DNA of 64,000 nt from Syntrophorhabdaceae bacterium (GTDB lineage Bacteria > Desulfobacterota > Syntrophorhabdia > Syntrophorhabdales > Syntrophorhabdaceae). This document shows positions 16,547 through 26,210 of the stretch, piece after piece. Below the pieces are notes generated by a model. It was not told where the DNA came from and did not search any database. It saw only the letters and a list, made by a program, of their open reading frames with translations. Position 1 is the first letter of the stretch. The number at the start of each line of letters is the position of its first letter. Location: the NCBI GenBank assembly GCA_963665295.1, contig OY762209.1:4608001-4672000 (forward strand), read 5' to 3'. Made by a program: the position numbers and the translations under genes.

Positions 16547-16828
16547 ATGAACAAACGGGGAGAACGGAAAGAAGAGAGCGCGGGAAAAGGATGGGCCATA
16601 GTGTGCGGCCTTGCCCTGGCGTTTCTCCTTTATGGTCTTTTCATATTTGCCGTCGTGGGGGACAAAGGGCCGCCGGATTGGGACTTCAACGTGATTGAGG
16701 ACATACCGGGCAAGTCGGTCTATTCCACGTACCCCCAACCGGGAGAGACCCCGATGCAGCCCGAACCGCAGCACGTGGCGGGCAAGCCGTCCCGTGCACC
16801 CACAGGGCCGGAAGGAAAAGAAAGATGA
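16547..16828 (+). CDS. Single-TM hypothetical protein in the ACIII/cbb3 operon
   Basis: Basic N-terminus, TM, GDKGPPDWDF segment; ATGA overlap with the next gene. Confidence 0.65.
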   Translation: MNKRGERKEESAGKGWAIVCGLALAFLLYGLFIFAVVGDKGPPDWDFNVIEDIPGKSVYSTYPQPGETPMQPEPQHVAGKPSRAPTGPEGKER

Positions 16829-17328
16829 GGACAAAAGGCGAAGGAGTACTCCGTTCTGTTTTGACGGTCATCGTGCTGGCGTGCCTGACGATAACGGGCT
16901 GCGGCTACGGCCGCATGTACGATCAGGATACGGTGAAGACCTACAAAAGGAAGATGCCTCCAATGGACAAAAGGACTGTGCCCCTTTCCGGCGGCTTTGC
17001 GGTCCTCTCCCACGGCACACCGGGGACCATGGCGAACCCCGTGGCCGGTTCCCCCTTGGGCGTTGAAAGGGGCCGGCTTGCATACGGATATTTTTGCGTC
17101 CAGTGTCACGGTCCGAGGCTTGACGGTCTCGGCACCGTGGGTCAGAGCTTCGCTCCCCTCCCCACAAACCTTGTCTCTTCGGGCGTACTCTCTCTGAAAG
17201 ACGGGGAGATCTACTCGAGGGTAAGACTCGGATTCAAAAGGCACCCGGCCCTCTATACCACCATATCCGAGGAGGATACGTGGGCGGTCATCGCCTTCAT
17301 GCGTCGCATGGCGCGGGGGGCGTCATGA
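16825..17328 (+). CDS. actE: Monoheme cytochrome c lipoprotein, ActE-like
   Basis: Lipobox ITGC, MYDQ, NPV, CVQCHG, DGEIY, EEDTWAVIAF. Confidence 0.75.
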   Translation: MRTKGEGVLRSVLTVIVLACLTITGCGYGRMYDQDTVKTYKRKMPPMDKRTVPLSGGFAVLSHGTPGTMANPVAGSPLGVERGRLAYGYFCVQCHGPRLDGLGTVGQSFAPLPTNLVSSGVLSLKDGEIYSRVRLGFKRHPALYTTISEEDTWAVIAFMRRMARGAS

Positions 17329-18020
17329 TCACCGAGTTGTTGCTCGCCTTCGTAACCGGTATCGCGGGGAGCCTCCACTGCCTCGGCATGTGCGGTCCCC
17401 TCGTGATAGCCTATTCCCTGCACCTTCGCGGCGGGTCGCCGGCGGGGCGCGGCTTGTGGTCTACCGGCGGGCTCATGCGCCATCTCACCTTCCACCTGGG
17501 ACGGACCATAACCTACGCGTGTCTGGGGGCCCTTCTCGCGGGACTCGTCAATCTCGGAGATATGACAAGGTCCCTCATGGGCATCCGGAGTATCATTACC
17601 ATCGGGGGTGGCGTCTTCATGGTCCTCTCCGGTCTCATGCTTCTCAGGATAATCCCCTTTTCCTTCACGTCGGCAGCCCCTTCGGGACAACGGGAATCCA
17701 TGCTCACCCGCTTTATCAGGGCCCGCCTCGACTCTCCCGGGCGCAGTTCCGGACTAAGCCTGGGACTTGCAACAGGGTTTCTCCCCTGCATGTTCTCCTG
17801 GGCCATGATCGTTAAAGCAGCGAGTCTGGAAAATCCCTTTGCGGCGTTTTTATTCATGGCCCTGTTTGGTTTGGGCACCGCACCCGTGCTCCTCTTTACC
17901 GGTTTCTCCACCTCTCTCTTTACGGTCGGGACCCGGCTCGCAGGAGAACGTCTTGCTGCCGCGTCGGTAATCGCCATGGGTCTCATCCTTCTCTGGAAGG
18001 GAGCAGGCCAATTTGTCTGA
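17325..18020 (+). CDS. DsbD_2/TauE-SafE family membrane protein (oxidase assembly)
   Basis: SLHCLGMCGP, GRTITY, GFLPC, FGLGTAP motifs. Confidence 0.8.
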   Translation: MITELLLAFVTGIAGSLHCLGMCGPLVIAYSLHLRGGSPAGRGLWSTGGLMRHLTFHLGRTITYACLGALLAGLVNLGDMTRSLMGIRSIITIGGGVFMVLSGLMLLRIIPFSFTSAAPSGQRESMLTRFIRARLDSPGRSSGLSLGLATGFLPCMFSWAMIVKAASLENPFAAFLFMALFGLGTAPVLLFTGFSTSLFTVGTRLAGERLAAASVIAMGLILLWKGAGQFV

Positions 18021-20499
18021 GCATCAGTTCAGCACCACCGCAACCGGGAAAGAGGGCTTTTCGCCTCCCCGGGCAGACACATGCTACCTCTGCGGTCTGC
18101 CGATCGGCGCGGGGGAAACAGCGTCCGGATCACTCCGGCGGTTCTGTTGCCCCGGGTGCCGCCAGGTATTCCTCATCCTCTCCGCGTCCACGGGCGATCT
18201 CCCTCCCGATTTCCGGACAACAGAACTCTATCGGGCATGCGTGGAAGCAGGCATCGTTCCCGTTCCCGGCAACACGCCTTCACCTTCTGCTGCGGATGTC
18301 CCGGCATGGGGAACGGATACACCGGCCCTTGAATTCGTGTTCAAAGCAGGGGGTATGTGGTGCCCCGCCTGCGGCTGGCTTATCGAGGAAGTCCTGAAAA
18401 AGACCTCAGGCGTCCTGGACCCGCACGTGTCGTTTTTTACCGATACGGTGAGGGTGAGATATCTCCCTCACCGTGTAACACCATCAGAGATCATGTCCCG
18501 TGTGGCAAAGCTAGGTTATCCTGTGTCGCCCCCCGAAGGGGAGATCCACCGGGTCCGGGCAAAACAGGACCTCCTGGTGCGTCTCGGCGTTGCGGCGATC
18601 CTCACCATGAATGCCATGATGCTTTCGACAGCCCTGTACTTCGGGTTCATCCGCGTACTCAACCCCACGACGGTCGCCTACTTCTCTTACCCCCTCCTCG
18701 TCATGACGGGACCCGTGGTTTTCTATGCGGGAATGCCCATCCTGAGGAAGGCGTGGGCCGGTATCCGGTACGGCAGCGTTTCCATGGATACCCTTGTTGC
18801 GGTGAGCGCCCTTGCGGCTTTCTTTTACAGCGTCGCACAGATTGCGCGAGGGAGCATCCACCTCTATTTCGACACCGCGGCGATGCTTGTCACTATCGTT
18901 CTCCTGGGACGCTATATCGAGATGCACGCACGGGAGCGCGTTGTGGCTTCGGTGACCGCGCACCTTGACGAAATAGGCCCTCAAAAGGTGCGCCTCAGGG
19001 AGGGCCGTGGTGAACGTTGGGTTTCCGCCAGTGCAGTGAGGCCCGGAGACTCTTTCGTGGTGAGGGCAGGCGAACGTCTTGCCCTGGACGGCGTGGTCAA
19101 AAACGGCACGGGACTTCTGGATCAGTCCGTCCTCACCGGTGAGCCGCGGCCCGTGGCGAAAAACAGCGAGGGACAGGTGATGGCGGGGAGCCTGCTCACG
19201 GAGGGTGAACTGGAGGTCGTCGCATCGAGGCCCGCGGAGGAGAGTACACTCCGGCGGATGACCGACCTCGTGACCCATGCCCTCGATCGCAGGAGCCGGG
19301 GTGAACAACTGGCTGACCGCACAAGCCGGTTGTTTGTACCCGCTGTCCTGGCCGTGGCAGGTTTCACAGGGATAATTATGCGCATTTCGGGAGCTTCGGT
19401 GGACGAAATCCTGCTCAGATGCCTCACCATCCTCCTCATCTCGTGTCCTTGCACCCTCGGTATAGCAATCCCCCTTGTGAAGGTTGCCATGGTCGGTCTC
19501 GGTCGGAAGAAGGGGATCCTCATAAAGAACCCTGACGCCCTCGATCGGATAACAAAACTCGACACCATGGTCTTCGACAAGACAGGTACCGTAACCGAGG
19601 GATGTTTCACCCTTCGTCACGTGATATCGAAGGACCTCTCCGACGATGAAGCCCTTTCCATGGTGGCTGCAATAGAAGCGGGCTCGTCCCACTTCCTTGC
19701 CGGGGAGATTGTCCGGAGGGCGCGTTGCCTGGGGATCGCCATTGCGAAGGCTTCCGACATAGAGGAACTGGGAGGGCTCGGCATAACAGGCACCGCGGGC
19801 GGCAAGACGGTCTTCGCAGGGAACCGGCGTCTTCTCACCCGATGCGGAGCAGGCCTTCCCGATTACCTCGACCATCAGGCCAGGGAATGGGAGCAAGCCG
19901 GCATGACCGTGGTCTTCTTCGGGTCGGACTCCGTCACAAAAGGCTTCTTTGTGTTCGGAGACAGGGAACGCGAAGGAGCGAAGGAGCTTGTAGACCGGCT
20001 TCGGAAGCGGGGCCTCAGACTCCTGCTCCTGTCGGGAGACGGGGAGGAAACCACGGAGGCCGTGGCCCGGCGTCTCGGCATCAGTGACTTCCTGGGCCAG
20101 AGACTCCCTCATGAGAAGGCAGAAACCATAGAGAGGCTTCGTCTCGAAGGACACGTTACAGGCATGGTGGGCGACGGCATAAACGACGCCGGGGCCATGG
20201 CCGCAGCCGACGTGGCCATTGCGGTGGGATCGGGAAACGATGTAATGAAGGAGGCGGCGGACCTGATCATACCCGGGGGAAGACCCGGCGCCATCATCGA
20301 TGCATTCGCCCTTTCCGCCCTGTGCGCCCGAACCACCCGGCAGAACCTCTCCTTTGCCTTCCTGTATAATCTGATTGCCGTGCCCGTTGCCGCGGCGGGT
20401 CTGTTGAACCCCCTCATCGCGGTCATCGCCATGTTCATGAGCAGCCTTACCGTCATAGGGAACGCGCTCCGCGTCTCCCGTGAGCCCGGATCGCGGTAA
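18013..20499 (+). CDS. ccoI: Copper-type P1B ATPase, CcoI/FixI-like
   Basis: N-terminal CYLCG..FCCPGC, HMA GMWCPAC, TGE, CPC, DKTGT, GDGIND, YN and M-x-x-SS. Confidence 0.88.
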   Translation: MSEHQFSTTATGKEGFSPPRADTCYLCGLPIGAGETASGSLRRFCCPGCRQVFLILSASTGDLPPDFRTTELYRACVEAGIVPVPGNTPSPSAADVPAWGTDTPALEFVFKAGGMWCPACGWLIEEVLKKTSGVLDPHVSFFTDTVRVRYLPHRVTPSEIMSRVAKLGYPVSPPEGEIHRVRAKQDLLVRLGVAAILTMNAMMLSTALYFGFIRVLNPTTVAYFSYPLLVMTGPVVFYAGMPILRKAWAGIRYGSVSMDTLVAVSALAAFFYSVAQIARGSIHLYFDTAAMLVTIVLLGRYIEMHARERVVASVTAHLDEIGPQKVRLREGRGERWVSASAVRPGDSFVVRAGERLALDGVVKNGTGLLDQSVLTGEPRPVAKNSEGQVMAGSLLTEGELEVVASRPAEESTLRRMTDLVTHALDRRSRGEQLADRTSRLFVPAVLAVAGFTGIIMRISGASVDEILLRCLTILLISCPCTLGIAIPLVKVAMVGLGRKKGILIKNPDALDRITKLDTMVFDKTGTVTEGCFTLRHVISKDLSDDEALSMVAAIEAGSSHFLAGEIVRRARCLGIAIAKASDIEELGGLGITGTAGGKTVFAGNRRLLTRCGAGLPDYLDHQAREWEQAGMTVVFFGSDSVTKGFFVFGDREREGAKELVDRLRKRGLRLLLLSGDGEETTEAVARRLGISDFLGQRLPHEKAETIERLRLEGHVTGMVGDGINDAGAMAAADVAIAVGSGNDVMKEAADLIIPGGRPGAIIDAFALSALCARTTRQNLSFAFLYNLIAVPVAAAGLLNPLIAVIAMFMSSLTVIGNALRVSREPGSR

Positions 20500-20627
20500 A
20501 ACATTTACGTGAGGCCTTCACCCCCCCCTTCGGGGAGGTTCATTCCTTGTAACCAATTCAATCCGAAATATTGTATATTCTGTGTGACGGGGAAGCACCG
20601 CCGGACGCATGCACTGGGGTGAAGAAG

Positions 20628-23114
20628 ATGGAAAACGAAAGGAAAACAAAACAACAACTCATCGAGGAGCTTTCGGAGCTTCGTTTCAAGGTTGCCCAAC
20701 TGAAGACAGGGCGTGCGGCGGCCGAGCGGGCCCTCCGGGAAAGCGAAGAAAAGTTCTCCATTCTTTCCGAAAACAGCGACATCGTCATCTTTCTGATTCA
20801 GGAGGAAAAGTGCCTGTACGTTAACCCTCCCTTCACGACGATGACAGGTTATACCCTCGAGGACCTCTCGACCATGAATTTCTGGGACATCGTCTCCCCG
20901 GACATGCGGGAACTGGCCAAAACACGGGCCCTTGCCCGGCAGAGGAAGGAGAAGGTGCCTTCCCGGTATGACTTGAGGTTCATCACGAAATCCGGAGAGG
21001 AACGGTACGGCAACCTCGGGACCACGCTGATCGCGTTCAACAACAACCCTGCCATACTGGGATTCGCCCTCGACGTCACGGACCGCAAGCATATTGAAAA
21101 GGCCCTCAAGGAAAGCGAGAAAAAGTTCCGCGGCATCTTTGAAAACACCATCGTCGGTATCTACCAGAGCGTGCCCTCGGCGGACTATCTCATGGTCAAT
21201 CACGCATTCGCAAGAATCTTCGGGTACGATTCGCCTGAGGACCTCATGATGTCGGCCATCGATATAAGGGATCAACTCCACATGGACACGTCGGGACTGG
21301 CCGCCTCCGAAAAGGGCACCCGAAACTTTCAGCTTCAGATACGCCGTAAGGACGGCAGTACAGGCTGGGTGTCAAACCATTTCCTCGTCACCGAGGACGA
21401 ATACGGCAATGCAGTGGGCTTTGAAGGGGTACTGGTAGATATTACGGAACAGAAAGGTTTGGAAGAAGCGCTGAGAGAGAGCGAGACCCAATATCGCACC
21501 CTTTTCGACTCGGCGAGCGACTCCATTTTCCTGGCGGCCAACGACAGGTTCATCGACTGCAACAGAAAAGCCCTCGATATGTTCGGCTGCACAAAGGAGC
21601 AGATCGTCGGTCAGTCCCCCTCCAGGTTTTCTCCTCCCCTGTCGTCCGATGGAGGAGATTCGAGGGGAAGGACCTTCGATAAGATAACTGCGGCCATGGC
21701 CGGAGACCCCCAGTTCATCGAGTGGAAGCTTTGCAGGTATGACGGAACCCCCTTTGACGCGGAGGTAAGTCTGAACTGCGTGGAGTTGGGCGGAGGAAGA
21801 CTTCTCCAGGCCATTATCCGTGATGTGACCGACCGGAAACGCGCTGAGCAGTCGCTCCGGGAGTCGGAGAATAAATTCCGGGTCCTCGCTGAAAAGGCCC
21901 TCGTCGGCATCTACCTCGTGCAGGACGGCCTCTTCAGATACGTCAACGCAAGGTTCGCCGAGACGGTCGGTTACCCCATAGACGATATCACCGACAAGAT
22001 AGGCCCCAAGGAAACAGCCCTTCCCGAGGACTGGCCCATGGTACGGGAAAATATGCGCAAGAGACTCTCAGGGGAGGCCGAATCTCTTTCCTATGAGTTC
22101 CGAACCCTCACCAAAGACGACGAAATCAGAAACGTGGAGATCTTTAGTTCCCGCATACTTTACCAGGACAGGCCGGCCATCCTGGGAACCCTTCTCGACA
22201 TCACCGAGCGCAAACGCGCCCAGGAAGCGCTGAGAGCGAGTGAGGCGCGGTACAGGACCCTCCTCCAGAGCATCCGGGACCGTGTATATATCCTCGACCC
22301 CGAAGGGTGTTTCACCTTTGTGAACAATGAAATCGTGGAACGCTTCGGCCGCCCCAAGGAGTGGTTTATCGGCCGTCATTACCTCCAGGTGGTCCGGCCC
22401 GAATACAGAGACCTTGCCCAGAGAAATTTCGACGCGGAAATGCGCGGAGATGTCCTCCCTCCCTACGAGATCATGATCGATATCCCCGGGTCAAAGGAAA
22501 GGGTGTGGGTGGAAGTGAACAGGCAGCCTCTTTATGACGGTACCCGTATCATCGGCGTTCTCGGCGTTTCACGCGACATCACCTCCCGAAAGCTGATGGA
22601 AGAGGAATTGAAAAGGCACAAGGACCACCTCGAACACAAGGTGGAGGAAAGAACCGCTGAATTGAAAACGAGCAAGGAAGAACTGGAAATCAAAACGAGG
22701 ACCCTGGAGGAGGTCAATACTGCCCTGAAGGTGCTCCTGCGCCAGAGAGAAGAAGACAAGGTCGACCTGGAAGAGCGGTTTGCCTTGAACGTAAGAAAGC
22801 TGATCCTCCCCTATGTGGAAAAGATGAAAAAGGGGCGGCTGGACCCGCAGCTCCATTCCTACGTGAGCATCATGGAGGCAAACCTCAACGAAATCATGTC
22901 ACCCTTTCTCCACTCCGTGGGTCAGTTCAATCTTACCCCGCGGGAGGCACAGGTTGCCTCCCTCATAAAAGACGGCAAGACGACCAAGGAGATCGCTGAG
23001 ATAATCGGCATAGCCCCCAGCGCTGTAGATTCCCATCGCAACAATATCAGGTCAAAGCTGAGCTTGAATAAACGGAAAGTCAATCTTCAGATGTATCTTC
23101 AGTCTATGAAATAG
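20628..23114 (+). CDS. One-component regulator: five PAS domains, coiled coil, LuxR-type HTH
   Basis: Five SE-x-x-F/Y..D(I/V)T-x-RK/QK PAS-PAC repeats; C-terminal LTPREAQVASLIKDGKTTKEIA..HRNNIRSKL; no kinase domain seen. Confidence 0.88.
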   Translation: MENERKTKQQLIEELSELRFKVAQLKTGRAAAERALRESEEKFSILSENSDIVIFLIQEEKCLYVNPPFTTMTGYTLEDLSTMNFWDIVSPDMRELAKTRALARQRKEKVPSRYDLRFITKSGEERYGNLGTTLIAFNNNPAILGFALDVTDRKHIEKALKESEKKFRGIFENTIVGIYQSVPSADYLMVNHAFARIFGYDSPEDLMMSAIDIRDQLHMDTSGLAASEKGTRNFQLQIRRKDGSTGWVSNHFLVTEDEYGNAVGFEGVLVDITEQKGLEEALRESETQYRTLFDSASDSIFLAANDRFIDCNRKALDMFGCTKEQIVGQSPSRFSPPLSSDGGDSRGRTFDKITAAMAGDPQFIEWKLCRYDGTPFDAEVSLNCVELGGGRLLQAIIRDVTDRKRAEQSLRESENKFRVLAEKALVGIYLVQDGLFRYVNARFAETVGYPIDDITDKIGPKETALPEDWPMVRENMRKRLSGEAESLSYEFRTLTKDDEIRNVEIFSSRILYQDRPAILGTLLDITERKRAQEALRASEARYRTLLQSIRDRVYILDPEGCFTFVNNEIVERFGRPKEWFIGRHYLQVVRPEYRDLAQRNFDAEMRGDVLPPYEIMIDIPGSKERVWVEVNRQPLYDGTRIIGVLGVSRDITSRKLMEEELKRHKDHLEHKVEERTAELKTSKEELEIKTRTLEEVNTALKVLLRQREEDKVDLEERFALNVRKLILPYVEKMKKGRLDPQLHSYVSIMEANLNEIMSPFLHSVGQFNLTPREAQVASLIKDGKTTKEIAEIIGIAPSAVDSHRNNIRSKLSLNKRKVNLQMYLQSMK

Positions 23115-23120
23115 GGTCAT

Positions 23121-23157
23121 TATAGCCATATTATAACCATATTTATTCCATACCATA
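23121..23157. repeat. Three imperfect 11-bp direct repeats (CCATA core) after the PAS-LuxR stop codon
   Basis: TATAGCCATAT / TATAACCATAT / TTATTCCATAC; CCATA at 23126, 23137, 23148 and again 23153. Confidence 0.7.
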
Positions 23158-23566
23158 TTTCCGCTCATTTCGTATAGACTTTACATGTTCTAAAAAACTG
23201 GTTTCTCCGTGTACCGTCTGAACTGCATTCGCCGGTGTCCTGTTTCATAAGGGTGCCGGGAAAAGGGGGCAAGAAATCGACACGATAGGGCACCTCGGTA
23301 ATAAACTCACACGTATCCGTTCACGGGGCGGATGGCGCCGGATATGCCCCGACCCTGCTTCCCTCAATGACAAAACCCTCTCCGGAACGAAAGAACGAGA
23401 AAATGGACGGGGCGGCAACCTCCGCGTCATGCGCCCCTCTTCACAGGTCTCACACTTTTTGTGCGCTTCGAGGGCAATGTCCGGAAAGATGGAACACGCA
23501 GAAGGAGGTCAATGTGCTACAATGTAAGTATGGCAAAAACAGAATAAGTAAAAGGCCGGAACACCG

Positions 23567-24925
23567 ATGATCCGGGTACTCGTGGCAGATGACGAAACCG
23601 GGATGGTCGAGACCTTCAGGCAACGGCTGGCCGCAGAAGAGATTGAGGTGATCGCCGCCTTCCGTGCCCGGGAAGCCCTTTCCATCCTATCACGGGGAGA
23701 TATGGACGTAGTGGTTCTCGATATAAGGCTTCCGGACATGGACGGACTCGATCTCCTCACAAAGATCAAGGAGACCTGGCCTTCCCTCGAAGTGATTATA
23801 CTTACCGGCTCCGCCTCGATCGCGACGGCGATTCAGTCCATGAAACTCGGAGCCTCCGACTACCTCACCAAACCGTGCAGCGTATCGGACCTTTCGAAGG
23901 CGATCTCCAAAGCATACGAGAAGAAGATGGACACCCTCAAGACCGCGGACCAAGGGAACGAGGCCCGCGGAAAGCGGGTCCATGACTATTTTGTGGGCGC
24001 CAGTGACGAGATGATGAAAGTCAAGAATATACTGTCACTCGTGGCCCCCTCCCGCGCACCCGTGTTGATCCTGGGCGAAACCGGCACAGGCAAGGAACTT
24101 GCCGCCCTGGCCATTCACGAACTGGGTCCCCGCTCGGGGCGCCCTTTTGTCACCATCAATTCGAGCGCCCTCCAGGAAACCATGCTTGAGAGCGAGCTTT
24201 TCGGATACAGGAAAGGTGCCTTCACGGGCGCCGACAGCGACAAACCCGGGCTCCTGGAGATTGCGGACCACGGCACGTTCTTTGTGGACGAAGTGGGAGA
24301 GATGGGCCTCACCATACAGGCAAAGGTCCTGCGGGCCATGGAAACCGGGACTTTCAGGAAACTCGGAGCCACAACGGAAACGAAGGTCGACGTCCGTTTC
24401 ATCTTCGCCACAAACAAACCCCTCAAAAACGAAGTTGAACAGGGGAGATTCCGCAAGGACCTGTTCTTCAGGATAAACACCCTCCAGGTCAACCTCCCGC
24501 CTCTCAGGCAAAAGAAGGATGACATCCCTCTTCTGACCGGTTATTTCCTCGGCAAATTCGTCACCGGAGGAAAGAGGAAGCGTTTTTCCCGGGAGGCGAT
24601 AAACCTCCTCACGCTTTACGGGTGGCCGGGAAATGTGAGGGAACTCGCAAATACGGTTCAAAGGTCCATTCTGATGAGCGGTGAGCGCGAAGAGATCGAA
24701 CCCGAGGACCTTACTCCGGCCATACTGAAAACCGTGGCCTACCCGAAGGAGGCACAGGTTCCTTCGCAAGGTCACCGGACTTTGAACCTTTCCCGTATGG
24801 AACAGGGCCATATTCAGAGCGTGCTGAGCTCCGTGAAGGGAAACAAGGCCAAGGCAGCCCGGCTCCTGGGCATAAGCCGTACGGCCCTTTACGATAAGCT
24901 GGGAGCGATGCAGGCGGCGAGATGA
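23567..24925 (+). CDS. sigma54-dependent response regulator (NtrC family)
   Basis: Receiver (VADDE, LDIRLPDMDG), GETGTGKE, ESELFG, GAFTGA, WPGNVREL, Fis-type HTH. Confidence 0.92.
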   Translation: MIRVLVADDETGMVETFRQRLAAEEIEVIAAFRAREALSILSRGDMDVVVLDIRLPDMDGLDLLTKIKETWPSLEVIILTGSASIATAIQSMKLGASDYLTKPCSVSDLSKAISKAYEKKMDTLKTADQGNEARGKRVHDYFVGASDEMMKVKNILSLVAPSRAPVLILGETGTGKELAALAIHELGPRSGRPFVTINSSALQETMLESELFGYRKGAFTGADSDKPGLLEIADHGTFFVDEVGEMGLTIQAKVLRAMETGTFRKLGATTETKVDVRFIFATNKPLKNEVEQGRFRKDLFFRINTLQVNLPPLRQKKDDIPLLTGYFLGKFVTGGKRKRFSREAINLLTLYGWPGNVRELANTVQRSILMSGEREEIEPEDLTPAILKTVAYPKEAQVPSQGHRTLNLSRMEQGHIQSVLSSVKGNKAKAARLLGISRTALYDKLGAMQAAR

Positions 24926-25061
24926 CAATACCGGCGTTTGCCATTGGGGAAGCTCGAAGTCCCCATAAAGGGACTTCTTTTAACTACACGTTGTGACAAG
25001 AAGACCACGGCGGGGACGTTCAGCCCCGCGCGAGTCGATCAATATCAAGAGGAGGATTTAG

Positions 25062-26210
25062 ATGGTCGAGCTTACGGCGGAACAAAGAGACATCAAACAG
25101 GCGGCGCGGGAATTTGCGGAAAAGGAATTCAAGGACATCGCGAGGCAACTGGACGAGAAGGAGCAGTTCGACGACAGACTCTGGAAGAAGGCCGCGGAGC
25201 TGGGCTTTCTCGCCGTATTCATAGAAGAGGAATACGGCGGAGCCGGACTGGGACATCTCGAACAGTGTCTTATCATTGAGGAGTTCGCCCGTGTCGACAC
25301 AGGGCTCGCCCAGTGCATGGTGGCTTCCTATTTCGGTACTCAGTTGATAAAGCTCTTCGGCACGGAGGAGCAGAAGCACAAATTCCTTCCCCCCATAGTC
25401 AGGGGAGAGATGAGATGCGGCATGGCGTCCACCGAGCCCGACGCGGGAAGCGACGTGGCGGCCATCACTACCACTGCAGTGAAAGACGGGAACGACTATA
25501 TAATCTCAGGTAACAAGATGTTCATCACCAATGCCAACACCGCCGACTATCTCCTGGTGCTCTGTGTGACGGATCCCACCAACCCCAGGAAGCATAACAG
25601 GCTAAGCACCATCATAGTGGAAACGAACAGACCCGGGTACGAAGCCACCAAGCTCCACGGGAAGCTCTCCATACGCTGTTCCGACACAGGGGAGTGCACG
25701 TTCAAAGACGTGAGGGTCCCCCAGTCGAACCTCGTGGGTGTGGAGGGAAAGGGCTTCCACCAGCTTATGGAGTTCTTCAACAGGGCCCGTCTCGAGGGCG
25801 GAGCAGGATTGGCGGTAGGCACGGCCCAGGGCGCACTCGACAAGGCCATGGACCACGTGAAGAAGAGGAAAGCCTTTGGCGGACCTCTCGCAAAACTTCA
25901 GATCGTTCAGGCAAAGATCGCGGAGATGGCGACCCTTGTCGAGGCAGGCAGGAGTCTTCTCTACAGAGCGGCCATGAAGGTGGACAAGGGAGAAGTCGAC
26001 CATACCCTTATCGCCATGGCCAAGTGGTATACCTGCGAGAATGCAGTCAAGGTAGCTGACGAAGCGATCCAGCTTCACGGAGGATACGGCATCCTTGAAG
26101 AGTATGATGTTGCGCATTATTGGAGGGACGCCAAGGTCCTCGAGATTTTCGAAGGCACAAAAGAAGTGGAGAAGGTGCTTATCGGAAAAACGCTCCTGCA
26201 GACGTCCTGA
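25062..26210 (+). CDS. Acyl-CoA dehydrogenase
   Basis: TEPDAGSD, GNKMFITN, QLHGGYG, IFEGT. Confidence 0.93.
   Translation: MVELTAEQRDIKQAAREFAEKEFKDIARQLDEKEQFDDRLWKKAAELGFLAVFIEEEYGGAGLGHLEQCLIIEEFARVDTGLAQCMVASYFGTQLIKLFGTEEQKHKFLPPIVRGEMRCGMASTEPDAGSDVAAITTTAVKDGNDYIISGNKMFITNANTADYLLVLCVTDPTNPRKHNRLSTIIVETNRPGYEATKLHGKLSIRCSDTGECTFKDVRVPQSNLVGVEGKGFHQLMEFFNRARLEGGAGLAVGTAQGALDKAMDHVKKRKAFGGPLAKLQIVQAKIAEMATLVEAGRSLLYRAAMKVDKGEVDHTLIAMAKWYTCENAVKVADEAIQLHGGYGILEEYDVAHYWRDAKVLEIFEGTKEVEKVLIGKTLLQTS

Noticed and set aside
23333..23347. TGGCGCCGGATATGC as a sigma54 promoter
   Set aside because: GG-N10-GC spacing fits but several consensus positions differ; plausible by chance in GC-rich DNA.
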